Source: Nemertoderma westbladi (lineage: Eukaryota > Animalia > Xenacoelomorpha). From it: a stretch of DNA of 41,448 nucleotides. The notes under the pieces were generated by a model, which made no database searches, was not told the DNA's origin, and saw nothing but the letters and a program-made list of their open reading frames with translations. A program made the translations under genes and the position numbers. Location of the stretch: assembly GCA_032718475.1 (NCBI GenBank), contig JAUCBJ010002963.1, forward strand, positions 1 to 41,448. The letters are read 5' to 3'. This document shows positions 12,130-23,203 of this stretch, piece after piece. How positions within the stretch are numbered: position 1 is the stretch's first letter; every line of letters starts with the position of its first letter.

Positions 12130-13806
12130 TTTCCAGATGGTATCCCTTTTTGACATAGTTACCCATGACTTAAGTTAAAACCCGTCCTCATGATCCTCTA
12201 CAAACCTCTATACTCGAGTCATGTTTGAGTATTTTGTTGCAGATTATAACTATTATTATCAATCTGTCACTTACATAGGCCACAGTACCTTTAATGTTTA
12301 AGAGTGCAATTCTGATCCACTTATTAAGAAGCGAAACTTAAACTCTGAATTCCTGAATAATTTCCGTCCTGTCTCTAATTTAATATTTGTGTCGAAGTTA
12401 GTGGAGCGGGCAGTAGCTAATCAGTTAATGCAACACATGAATATTAACTCATTGTTTGAACCGTATCAGAGTACATATCGTGAATACCATAGTGTTGAGT
12501 CCGCAATGATTCGAGTAAACAATGATATATTGTCATTATATATGTTATAATTATATTATATATAATGATATAGTCTGGATGACGGCTTCTTTTAGCCATG
12601 TTAGACCTGAGCTCCGCCTTTGATACTGTGGATCACTTACTTTATTGCAGATTCTAGAACATGAAATAGGTATACACGGAAATGCTTTACAGTGGTTTAA
12701 ATCTTGCCTTTCATTAAGAACTCAAATGTGTACGCATTGGGAATTCTTATTCATCAGTTAAAGGTCTATCATATGGAGTTCCACATGGCTCAGTTCTTGG
12801 GCCACTATTATTCAGTATATATACATTCATTGTCACTACAGTCATTGTCCTCAGTTATTAAAAAACACGGACTTTATTATCACCTATAGGCTGACATCAT
12901 TCCCTAATGATGAATTCTGATAAAACCGAGATCTGTTGCTTCAATCGCGTTTCAGCACCCAGGTACATAACCGGACTATTTGTATTGGTAGGGATAAAGT
13001 TGGTTGCAGTACTTCGGCCAGGGACATTGGAGTAATTCTTGACTATTATTTATCACTTGAGAACCACATTAATGGCGTGGTCCGTGAGTCTTTTTATCAC
13101 CTTCGCCATATTACTAAATTCAAATGATATTTCTCCACTGCAGATCTACATACCATTATTCACGTATTTATTACCAATAAGCTTGATAACAATAACGCCC
13201 TCAATAAAGAAACGTTTTTCTCGATATGTTCAGAATTCTGCTGCCCGATTATTGTGTAATGTTAAGAAGAGTGACCGCCTACATATTACTCCATTCCTTA
13301 AACAACTGCATTGGTTGCCGATTCCACGCATGATTGATTTTTAAGATTGCTGTATACACATAGTGTCTCCACAACATGGCCCCTGCGTATCTTACTAACC
13401 TCGTATCAATGTATTATCCCTCACGCGTTTTGCAATCAAACACCGCCGGTCACTTGAATGTCCAACGATATAGACTAGATAATTATGGAAAGCGGGCTTT
13501 TTCTGTGTCTGCCCCGTTGGTATGGAATGCACTGCCAAACGATGTTCGATTAGCACCTTATCTAGCATCGTTTAAGACCAGATTAAAGACCTACTACTGT
13601 ACTGTATTTTAAAGAGGACTACAAACTCCAACGTTTTTATAAATTTTTATTAGTATCAACCTTTTCTTTTTATTGTGTATATAGATCATAAACTGTATTC
13701 CGTTCCGTTTTATATGTACGGTTTATTGTCAGGCCTTTATTTATTGAGTAATGTGCGCCGGGAACAATACGTATAGACGCGATATAAATATATTATTATT
13801 GTTGTT
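12130..13806 (+). mobile_element. L2-clade (CR1 group) LINE, 5'-truncated, frameshifted RT with 3' end
   Basis: NFRPVSNLIFVSKLVERAV, YQSTYREYHSVESA, MLDLSSAFDTVDH, GVPHGSVLGPLLF, VQNSAARL, LHWLPI, YGKRAFSVSAPLVWNALP...FKTRLKTY; 3' UTR ending in (TAT)n/(TGT)n. Confidence 0.85.
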
Positions 13807-14100
13807 AATTACTGAATGGGTCGATGGATGAATAAACAGCAACAAACCATCAGCGGCAAGCAAAAAATCGAGCAATACCATCACAGAGCGAAACAAAATC
13901 AAAATTAAATTAAACAAAATTGTGTTTTGGCCTAATTAACAACTAAGTATTATTATTATTATTGTTATCATTATTATAATTATTGTGACTTTGCTTTCCT
14001 AATTTCTGTCATTTTGCTACTCTCTATCAATGACACAAGGTACTGGAAGTCGTCGACCTTGTTTAGTTGATTATTATCAATGGTTGTCAAGTTTCCATCA

Positions 14101-14750
14101 CAATATATAATATATAATATTTCTTTTCTTTTCCAAACATCAAATTTTGCACATAACAGTTTAATGTGTGAAAAAATAAGTCTTGCAGATGAATATCAAA
14201 AATTTGAAATTATGTTCTAGAATTTTTATGGAAGCAACAGAGATTGTCAGTAGCAGATGCTAGTTTTGACAATAACTGTTGTAGTAAGTTGATGTTGGAG
14301 AGGGGGGGGGGGGGGGCTTACGCCTAAGGGGTAGGGGGGGGGGGGGGGATTGAGAGCAAAGCCAGATCAGGCGGATGATGTTTTAATTAATTTAGGTTTA
14401 TGTTTATTTTATCTTACTTTATAGATTTAATTATAATTATTATTCTATTCTATTAATTTTATTAATTAGTTATTTATACCAGTTCTTCCATGAGTAGTTC
14501 TTTTAAATCTTTTGAAAATGATTGTTTTGTTTTTTTGTTTTTATTTTTAGTGGTAGTGAGTTCCAGGTTATTGCCCCGTGGTATTTTAGAGATTTTTGCG
14601 TTTGCTGAAGTCTGGTACGATGAATGAAGTAGTTGCGGGTAGCTGTAGAACGTGTGATGTGGGAGTGAATAAGACTTGTCGGTTTAAACAGTGATGTAAT
14701 GTATTCTTGTTTTTTGTGATTAATAATTTCCCACATAATTTCCCACATAA
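14101..14750 (-). mobile_element. 3' fragment of a CR1-group (Crack-like) LINE inserted into the RTE, with a TTTCCATCA target-site duplication
   Basis: HSHITRS...RTRLQQTQKSLKYHGAITWNSLPLKIK is a typical CR1-group ORF2 C-terminus. TTTCCATCA at 14092-14100 and 14751-14759 rejoins the RTE frame (FYVDG/DGNL). Confidence 0.7.
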
Positions 14751-15839
14751 TTTCCATCAACATAAAAGGTCATGAATTCGGTCTTGGTAGCATTTATATG
14801 CAATCCAACCTCCTTAGCAGCCCTCTCCACTTTATTTAGTAGAAGCTGTGCATCTGCTAGCGTATTAGAGAGCAGGGCGATGTCATCCGCAAAGTCGGTG
14901 TCTGTGACTGTAGTTGCCGGATATCTACAACTTCTGCGGTTTCACCATCTGGTGAGATTACCTGAGCTCCTGTGTCACAATATCAATGTCAGGACTGAAA
15001 TATCAGGATTCTTTGACTTAATTCCTTCAATCAGTCTCCGTAGTGCAAGTATCTGAGCTATTGTTGATCGACTTGGTCGAAATCCGTTTTGGCTCTTACG
15101 CAGTAGTTTCTCTATGTGAGGCCTAATCCTATATAGAATCATTTTATTGTATATTTTGGCAGCTACTACAAGCAGACAGATCCCATGATAGTTTGTTGGT
15201 ATACCGAGGTCTCCTTTCTTGGGGAGAGGCTTTAGTTGACCTCTAGTCCAAATTTGTGGTGGCTTTTCCCCTTTCAGCATCCGGTTGCAAACATCCAACA
15301 ATGGTCTTTTTTTCACTCCTGTTTTAAATACCTCTGCAGGGATTTCATTTAATCCACTCGCTTTATGTTTGGACATGATTTTAATGCTTCTTTGGAATTC
15401 GGCAGGTGTGAAGTCCCCTGATTCTATAGGTAGTGTCTTGTCATATATTTTCCTTGTAGGGCTGACCTCGTGATTTGGTGGCAGCCCTATCAAGTTGCTG
15501 AAGTTATGTTTTCATTTCCCAACACGTTCTTCAGGACTATCAGCCTTGAGGCGCCCCTTAGCAAAATTTTTCGAACCAAATGACTCATTTACAATATGGC
15601 ATTGATTGGGTATAGTATAGTGGTACTGTCTCCTGGCATGCCAAGCGTTATGATTGCCTTAACCCTTTGCATACCAACACTTGGAAAACTGCCGCCTTTA
15701 ACATTCTAAATAATTTAGGACCATGTCCATTAAGGCGGCAGTATAGTGTGCTGACTTATCACTTAGCCTCCAGGGTGGCAGGGTGCCTGCCGCACATTTT
15801 ATCCTAACCCCCAGGGTGGCTGCACCTTTGCCTACTCGC

Positions 15840-16798
15840 TGGGGAACAAGTTAGTAGAACTGGAGTCGTTTTTAGAGGAAAGTTAATTCGACAGCGTAGG
15901 AATAACTGAATTATGGCCAGTTATGGGGTACCTGGTTATTTGTTATGTTGGATTGAAGCTTTTCTCTGTAATCATTATCATAATGTAATTATTGGTTATA
16001 GTATTTCATATTGTGTTAATGTTATCTCAGCTTAAAGTTACACGCGAGATCAAGCGATAGTGATTTGCTACACGGCGAACTGCTTATACTGGAAAGCTGG
16101 ACTGCCGATTGGCAACTAAACATGGCGGCTCATAAGTGCACTCACACGTTCTTCGTTTTGGTGTCACTAAAGCGAATGTAGATCCAGAACAATATTTCTA
16201 AACGGTAGGATATTAAAAACGCATTATTATTGTAGAGATTTAGGGGTTACTTTTTCTGTAATACTTAAAATTGGATTTGCATTGCAAATTGTAAGCTGCA
16301 AAAGCTTTCAAAATTGCAAATTTTAATTTTCAAGTGCTTTCAGACTAGTAACTTGAGTGCATTATTAGCGGCTTACAAATCCTGTCTGAGCCCTCTTTAG
16401 AATATTGCACACCCTTCCCAACTGGGTTCCTTAGATTTAATAGAAAGAGTGCAACGTTACTTTACATGTAGACTATTAGCATGGCTCGATGTGGACTCAG
16501 TAGCCGAAGTTATCTGGAACGTGTGCAATAATTAACTTTACAACCGTTAGAAGTACGTAGGATTGTTTACGATTTAAAGATGACTTATTTCATACTTATT
16601 GCAGACTTAGTGAATGTTGTTTATTTAGAATATTATATATATTTTTCAAAAGAGCTAGTAGGCCAGGGTCGAGAGGTCATAATAACAAACTGTTTCAACA
16701 ACGATCCAGGCTCCAGATTAGTAAATTCTCCTTTGGTAATCGAATAGTTACTGTATGGAATAATTTACCGGTTGAGGTTGTAAACTCTACGAACAAAG
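15840..16798 (+). mobile_element. CR1-clade LINE remnant (endonuclease start joined to ORF2 C-terminus; heavily deleted)
   Basis: KLVELESFL...DSVGITELW (APE N-terminus-like) at ~15850-15920; RDLGVTF, LEYC, DLIERVQRYFT and FGNRIVTVWNNLPVEVVNS downstream. Confidence 0.65.
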
Positions 16799-16799
16799 A

Positions 16800-17378
16800 T
16801 ATAATGTAAAGTTGAGTATCATCTCCGTAGAGATGATATGACAGGCCGTGTTTTAATAAAAGTTGCGAGAGATCGTGTGTAAATTGTAAAGAGAATGGGA
16901 CCAAGAACTGATCCTTGGGGTAAGCCATAGAGTAAGGGTAGACTTACTGAATATGAACTCCCTATTCGCACATTCTGTGAACGACAGGTTAGGTAAGATG
17001 TGAACCATTTAAGGGCATCACCACCAACTCCAATATCCTGTTCTAGAATCTCTAGTAGTAGGTTGTGTTCGACTGTGTCGAATTCTGCACTCAAGTCAAG
17101 CATGACAAGGCTGACCCATTGTCTTGTCTATGCCCCTGAGTATGTCATTATTGACTCTTAGGAGAGCAGTTTCTGCGTTGTGATACTACTTATAAGCGCT
17201 CTGCTGCGGTTCATGTAAGTGCAGTAGATTAATATGCTGTATCAGTTGGTCTGCTACAAACCTTTTTGTCAGTTTAGATAAGTATAACAAGTTTGATATT
17301 GGTCCAAAGTTTTGAGAACTTCCACATTCAAACGAGCTTTTTTTAACACTGGGGACAACACAGCATCTTTAAAGATAT
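16800..17378 (-). mobile_element. L2-clade LINE RT fragment
   Basis: MLDLSAEFDTVEH, LKWFTSYLTCRSQ, GLPQGSVLGPILFTIYT, YGDDTQLY. Homologous to the 12.1-13.8 kb element but diverged from it. Confidence 0.85.
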
Positions 17379-17735
17379 GCATGTTTTAGCCACCAATTTA
17401 ACATTAAATTTTATTGAAACACATGAAGGCCACCAATAAACAATATAAGTGGTCCCCACCAGCAAATAATCAACAAGTTACACACATATCAGTAAATAAT
17501 TGTATTGGCAGTTTTGGGCCACCTATGTTTTTCAATACTTGGGGTGACATTGGTGACAAAAAAGATGCTATTACCCTGGCCCATTAACTAATACAAATTC
17601 TACAAAAATTTAATATATTTCTATGAACTTTATCCATCATCATGACCAACAATCACAATCACAAATTATCATTTAACAAATGTTAACGAAATATCGTTGA
17701 AAGTTAATTTTCATTCAATTCCTAATGATATGGAG

Positions 17736-17741
17736 TTTATT
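17736..17741 (-). terminator. Candidate polyadenylation signal AATAAA for the Cys/Pro-rich gene
   Basis: TTTATT on the + strand, ~220 nt downstream of the stop codon. AT-rich context makes chance occurrence possible. Confidence 0.35.
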
Positions 17742-17962
17742 CTTTTGAAACAGGAAAGCAGTTTCTGTTAGCGGTTTTTTGAAGGAGGTGTGTAAAAGTC
17801 AAAACAGCCAACCAATCACGTGCTAATAAAAGTAATTAAATAGGACAGAAAAGGTAATTAAATTTAAATTTGCCAAAAAAATTAAAAATTGATAACAGAA
17901 AAAATTGAATTATGACCTTATATTTAAAATATAACTAGGTTTCAAGAAATTAATATATTTTA

Positions 17963-19030
17963 CTAGTTGGTGGATTTTTTGAGTGTATTGATTTTTGGGT
18001 TGTTCGTCATCCTTTTGGGTATTTTTAGCTTCCGTTGAGAGTTTAGACACAACACCTTATTATATAATTCTGTTAAAAGTGTTACTAACATGTTAAACTC
18101 TACTATGCTTGTAGTTGTAGTTATAGCTGTAGTTGGGGGTGGGGGTGTTATTAGAGGTGGAGGTGTTGTTGGAGGTGGGGGTGGAGGTGTTGTTGGAGGT
18201 GGGGGTGGAGGTGTTGTAGGGGGTGGGGGTGGAGGTGTTGTAGGAGGTGGGGGTGGAGGTGTTGTTGGAGGTGGGGGTGGAGGTGTTGTAGGAGGTGGGG
18301 GTGGAGGTGTTGTTGGAGGTGGGGGTGGAGGTGTTGTTGGAGGTGGGGGTGGAGGTGTTGTTGGAGGTGGAGGTGTTGTTGGAGGTGGGGGTGGAGGTGT
18401 TGTTGGGGGTGGAGGTGTTGTAGGAGGTGGGGGTGGAGGTGTTGTTGGAGGTGGGGGTGGAGGTGTTGTTGGAGGTGGGGGTGGAGGTGTTGTTGGAGGT
18501 GGGGGTGGAGGTGTTGTTGGGGGTGGAGGTGTTGTAGGAGGTGGGGGTGGAGGTGTTGTTGGAGGTGGGGGTGGAGGTGCTAGTAATTCATTTATGCAAA
18601 TTGTATGGCAGCATTCTTGGCAAAAATATGTTGGCATATTTTCGTAACCAGTTTCTTCATCGTCTGAGCCAAGATCTCCGTAAATACATGTATCTTTTGC
18701 ATTAATTCCTAAACATTGTGAATGTAAATTCGGATCCTCAACACAAATACAACACTCTTCTAGTGCATTGATGGGTAACATAGTTGGTGAGTAATATTTG
18801 TATCCAGGATCACACATTTCCTTTTGGCAACATTCCTGACAGTAGCTGCACCATTGTTCCTCATATCCTCCTATATGACTACCAAGACATGGCTGCAATG
18901 TTGGTAGACAATATGTTGCAGGGTCGCAATGCATGGCACATGCACAACATCTTGGACCATCATCATCATCAGATTGGCACTTATTTAAGACTAAGATAGA
19001 GAGATACAGGGTCAACACAGCAATAAACAT
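17963..19030 (-). CDS. Putative secreted cysteine-rich protein with a Pro/Thr-rich (extensin/mucin-like) stalk, 355 aa
   Basis: Hydrophobic signal-peptide-like N-terminus (MFIAVLTLYLSILVLNKCQS); two related Cys modules ending CQECC-x3/4-C; about 19 P6T2/P4T2 repeats, all in frame; splice acceptor TTTCCAG 24 nt upstream of the ATG; AATAAA ~220 nt after the stop. The C-terminal ~45 aa could be altered by splicing. Confidence 0.75.
   Translation of the reverse strand: MFIAVLTLYLSILVLNKCQSDDDDGPRCCACAMHCDPATYCLPTLQPCLGSHIGGYEEQWCSYCQECCQKEMCDPGYKYYSPTMLPINALEECCICVEDPNLHSQCLGINAKDTCIYGDLGSDDEETGYENMPTYFCQECCHTICINELLAPPPPPPTTPPPPPPTTPPPPTTPPPPPPTTPPPPPPTTPPPPPPTTPPPPPPTTPPPPTTPPPPPPTTPPPPTTPPPPPPTTPPPPPPTTPPPPPPTTPPPPPPTTPPPPPPTTPPPPPPTTPPPPPPTTPPPPPPTTPPPLITPPPPTTAITTTTSIVEFNMLVTLLTELYNKVLCLNSQRKLKIPKRMTNNPKINTLKKSTN
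18129..18578 (-). repeat. Coding minisatellite, 24-bp and 18-bp units (CCT CCA CCC CCA CCT CCA/T ACA ACA)
   Basis: Tandem GGAGGTGGGGGTGGAGGTGTTGT(T/A) on the + strand; all unit-length variants are multiples of 3. Confidence 0.95.
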
Positions 19031-19054
19031 CTCTCTCTCTCAAAATTTTGGAAT

Positions 19055-19075
19055 CTGGAAATACAATATCAAACC
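19055..19075 (-). promoter_or_regulatory. Candidate 3' splice acceptor of a 5'-UTR intron of the Cys/Pro-rich gene
   Basis: Minus strand reads TTTGATATTGTATTTCCAG|ATTCCAAAATTTTGAGAGAGAGAGATG. Confidence 0.5.
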
Positions 19076-19749
19076 AATGACCAAGTAAACCAGTTTATTA
19101 AAAAGCGTTAAGAAATAGGAGCTATTTCACTAGGTCTATTTACAAAAAATAATACTGGAGTATATTATATTTGCTTGTAAAATGTATGAGTTGAATTTGA
19201 CAATGGTGGCAATCTGCCAGTTAGGATTTGACCAGTAAAGTACAATCTTAGGAAATATCAAAAATTATATGATACGAGATTATAGAGTTGTCAGAACTCA
19301 TGTCGCAGGATCTGATTAGTAACTATTATTATTATTAATATTCATAACAACAGGCGCACAAAGCGCTATAGTTGAAAATTGCCCGGTTCAGATTGTACAT
19401 GTACACAGAATACTTAAACATAATAATGAACATACAGAAGGTTATAATGTATGTATAGGTACCGAAAAAAGAAACCGTGAAAACCCAATCAATTTAAATT
19501 TATAACTAATATTATTATACAATACCAGACTTTTATAATAACACATAATATCTACTAGGCTTACATGAATAATTATGGAATTAATTAGTGTACGCAATGG
19601 AATTAGTGATGGTGAAGCTCTGAGGGTATGTGGGTCTGTACTATTCAGATCAAATTTGTATGTAAGGTTGATGTAATAATCAGGTTTGGCTTTTTTTTTA
19701 ACTACAGATGTATCTGTCTTCAGATTCTCTCTCCCTATTTATGTTCGGA

Positions 19750-20148
19750 AAGTAAGGGGAAGGCATGGGCAGCGTTAAATAGTCTGTCCAGGATTTGGAA
19801 GTCCCATAAAATAAAACGGAACCTTAAGGAAAGATTATTTATGACAGCAGTAGTACCAGTACTTTATATGGGAGTCCATGCTGGGCTCTAACTGCAGAGG
19901 ATACCAAATCTCTGGATGGCATTTTCACAAGAATGCTGCTCCGGGTTCACTGTGTCAAGTACACTGAACACAACTCCAACCAGACACTATATAACATTGG
20001 AGGTGTTCCATTAGTATCCCCGAGCTTGACACTTGTCACGCATCTTAAAGGACATGGCCTTGAAGATGCGGATGATCTAGCAAATGTCATGGGTGATAGG
20101 GAGTTGTGGCGGTGCAATTTTGTCGACAAGCCGGCACAGCATTCTTAA
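19750..20148 (+). mobile_element. RTE-clade LINE 3' fragment (second family), with an internal deletion, cut at TTAA
   Basis: KGKAWAALNSLSRIWKS...LDGIFTRMLLRV...DRELWRCNFVDKPAQHS. Near-identical to 35162..35492. Confidence 0.8.
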
Positions 20149-20830
20149 CCTTTTATCTCCCAGTGTTCCCAATTGGAAGCACTTTTTTAAATTCAACTGG
20201 AGGAAATTTAATTTAGGTTTATATTACTTTTTTTAATGTTAATATGTTTAGGAAGAGTGGAATATTGTTTTTAATTTTCAACTTCAAGTGTTTTCAAACT
20301 TCAAGTTGGTCTTTTGGCATGCCAAATTATGCTAATTCTCATTTTTTTCCATTTTTGGGACATGCAAACAATATTGGTCAAAAACGTTACAAATTTGATA
20401 TTCCAAACCAGTGGCGACATTCAAATTAGGTTTTTAAATAATATGACATTATTATTTGAAAAAAAAATCAGAAAAACGACTATCTTGTGCCAAATTACTC
20501 CCTTTAAAAATTGATGTTCCCATTTGGGAACACTGGTGAGAAAATAGAATATCAAAAATTAGAAAATAATTTTACTCGATGTATTACTCTAAAAAAATAA
20601 TTTAAAATTACATAACGAATATGTAGGCCCTCATTGTGTCCTGCTGTATCAACAACGACCAGCTATTGTCCCATTTGGGAACACTATATGGGAACGTATT
20701 TCTGCTGTAAAGCAATATAGTAAAATTGAACCAAATACTGTTGGACTATTGATGTAGGTAGGACGAATGCAATATGTATAGCTGAAATAAACCTTATTAT
20801 GCAATTTTTTGTCCCATTTGGGAACAACTT
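20149..20830. mobile_element. piggyBac-like non-autonomous element remnant (one end only; right boundary unknown)
   Basis: Begins TTAA|CCTTTT exactly where the RTE copy stops matching its sibling. Palindromic G(T)TCCCATTTGGGAACA motifs recur at ~20165, 20516, 20668 and 20811. The segment 20517-20545 is an imperfect inverted copy of the left end. Confidence 0.45.
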
Positions 20831-21460
20831 TTGGTGTATAGGCTCGGCTTGGGACGCGAGAATAGATCTAATGGAGCGCAGTAGGGCATGTTGGATCGGC
20901 TCGGGATGCAAGAATATATCTGTTTATTGTTTACAAACAATGTATTTTTCTAACAGTGAAACCATTCGGGTTGAAAACCATCAACGAGGCAGTAGTAAAT
21001 GATTTCGGTGTAGATGTATTCAACCCATAGTTAAATCGGTTCGTCTGAGAAACACGAAATAGGAAAGACGTATACAAACATTCTAGAATTTTAAATTGTG
21101 CTTATATTGTTATTAATTTATTTAATTTATAAATAGTTGGTTTTCAACACTTGAAATAGATATACATATTATATCGAAAGCTAGTGATAAAGTAAAATAT
21201 GAATTTTTTCTGAGGTCGATGTAGGTTTATTTAAAATAATATTTTTATTATTTATTATTTTATGCTTACAAATATATATACACTAAACCGGATCCTTTAT
21301 CCCACGACGGTTTCTTATATATTCAAGTAATATATCCTCCTACAATAATTTATAATTATATAGTATATTAGTATATAGTATATAAAAATGATTGAATAAA
21401 GATACATATAATAATAAATCAACAACATGTAATGTGATAATTAAACATAAAATATATGTT

Positions 21461-21617
21461 TGTGGAACCTTTGGCCAGTGTGTGGAACATTTTGACCATA
21501 TTGTGGAAAATTTGTCCATATTGTGGAGCCTTTTACCGTGTGGAACCTTTTACCCTGTGGAGCCCATTGCCCTGTGGAACCTTTTACCCTGTGGAACCTT
21601 TTACCCTGTGAAACCTT
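21461..21617 (+). repeat. Minisatellite, ~17-bp unit TGTGGAACCTTTTACCC (degenerate, ~9 copies)
   Basis: Direct reading of tandem TGTGGAAC/TGTGGAGC units. Confidence 0.85.
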
Positions 21618-23203
21618 AGACCGCCAGATGGGGTTTTGAAACATCTAGGTCAATAATTAGTGGATTGTCCCTGACCGACTTGTGCATAATTTTCCCATAT
21701 TTTTCGATTATATAAAAATAATTTATGTTTTTCCTACTTTCCATAAGAGGCCAACACACTGCATTATTTACACTTACTCTGTTTGTTAATAATTATTGAA
21801 ATAGGTAATAAAATTGTTTCTGACACATTTTAGTTACGGAAACGGAAAGCGTATTAAAATTTAATTGGAGATATTATCTAAATACCCAAGAATATCACAG
21901 CAATATATAGTAGAAGAGTTTATCAATAGGGTAGATAATCTTAATGGCTTCGAGGCACTAAAACTCGAAATAATTATAATCGATAAGTTAGCTCATGAAT
22001 AGGACTGGGACAAGGCCAATATGCTGCAATAATTCAAAGTTCCGACGACCCTTAATTAATTTGACTTACCTAAAGCCAGCTTAGTAACTAAGAACCTGTG
22101 CGCAGGGCCCTTGTTCGTGGGCTTATTCTAATGACATAATCTATCTAAGAAATAATAAATCCATAAAAATAATAATAAGAGATATTTGTTGAAGCACAAT
22201 CATTCACCGGCTACATAGTTGTTGACAGGCAGTTGATTTAAATTCAACTGCGGTACTCAAACTAATCTCGCGCATTTCCATAACTTTTTATTTAGTTACT
22301 AAGGTCCTTTTTTTAAATTAGGCAGCAGGTTATTTTTGGCCAAACTTCGCGAGTTTTAATCGTAGGGAGGTGATTTTAGGCTCATTCTGTTCGGAATATA
22401 AGGATTTTATTCAAATCCACTTCCAATTTTATAATCTTCATATTTTTTCTCATTCAAAAACGCTGTGAAAAAATACATAATTTTACAAATTATGTTTCAA
22501 CATTCGAGATTTGCCATCTAATTAGTCAGGTAAACAGAGGGGTCCACCGTGACTTTGGGTCATCACGCATTTTTATTTGCTTAAACTTTAATCGGACCTT
22601 AGAGTAATCAAAATCCGTCGGGTGCCACTTCAGCACCTTTTGGGAAATTTTTATAAAGCACTTAACCTAAGTTTCCATAGCAACCGGCATACAAGGTTTT
22701 ATTTTGAGATATCTGAGACCTTGCACCTATTGCCGCAGCTCTTGTTAATTATTCTGAATAAGATTTCTAGAAGATTAGTTCCCATAGCAACATTATTAAT
22801 CATAAATTTTGGCCTTTGGGATGTTTATTAAGATATGCCAACTATTAAACTTTAGATTATTTATGTAACTATTTATAAAAGCAAACAATTAACATCACTG
22901 GGGGGGTTATTAATCACATTTAGTTTTCATTTAATTAGATGAGTTAGTTTTCTCCTTTCAAATCAAATTTTGATGCTTATCTATCCAACGATTGTAGAAA
23001 ATAGGTACAGTAGATTCAATGTGCCATCATTCTTTATTGATAGTAACAATGTGTTGGCAAGCTGGTTTTTTCGAGGCGTTTGTTATTATGCATTTATTAT
23101 AGGAAGGGATCTAGGGGTATTTTTTAACCGGGTATTGTACAAATTTAAGAATCGCGTAATTTTTCTTGAAATTAATATCTCATATCTCTCCAAACCACGT
23201 ACG

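Larger units (their letters stand above)
11734..15570 (-). mobile_element. RTE-clade LINE, degenerate, split into three pieces (15570..14760, 14100..13985, 12127..11734) by younger insertions
   Basis: RT motifs PKKGDLGIPTNYHGICL, QNGFRPSRST, DFADDIALL...VGLHINATKTEFM, NKVDDFQYL; C-terminus RRLRFSGHCWR...LLLWQPTHGKRSRGRP; (TAG)n-like 3' tail at ~11735-11753. Confidence 0.85.

Noticed and set aside
18090-18647. 185-aa Gly/Val-rich ORF on the + strand
   Set aside because: It is the antisense shadow of the Pro/Thr repeat. The minus-strand ORF has the signal peptide, Cys modules and splice/polyA context.
17963-19030. Minicollagen or formin assignment for the Cys/polyPro protein
   Set aside because: There is no Gly-X-Y domain and the Cys spacing differs from minicollagen CRDs. 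There is no FH2 domain, and it has a signal-peptide-like start.
21620-23200. 3' LTR of the outer BEL element
   Set aside because: No PPT/TG...CA boundary or repeated partner could be identified in the window; the 5' LTR probably lies beyond 41448.
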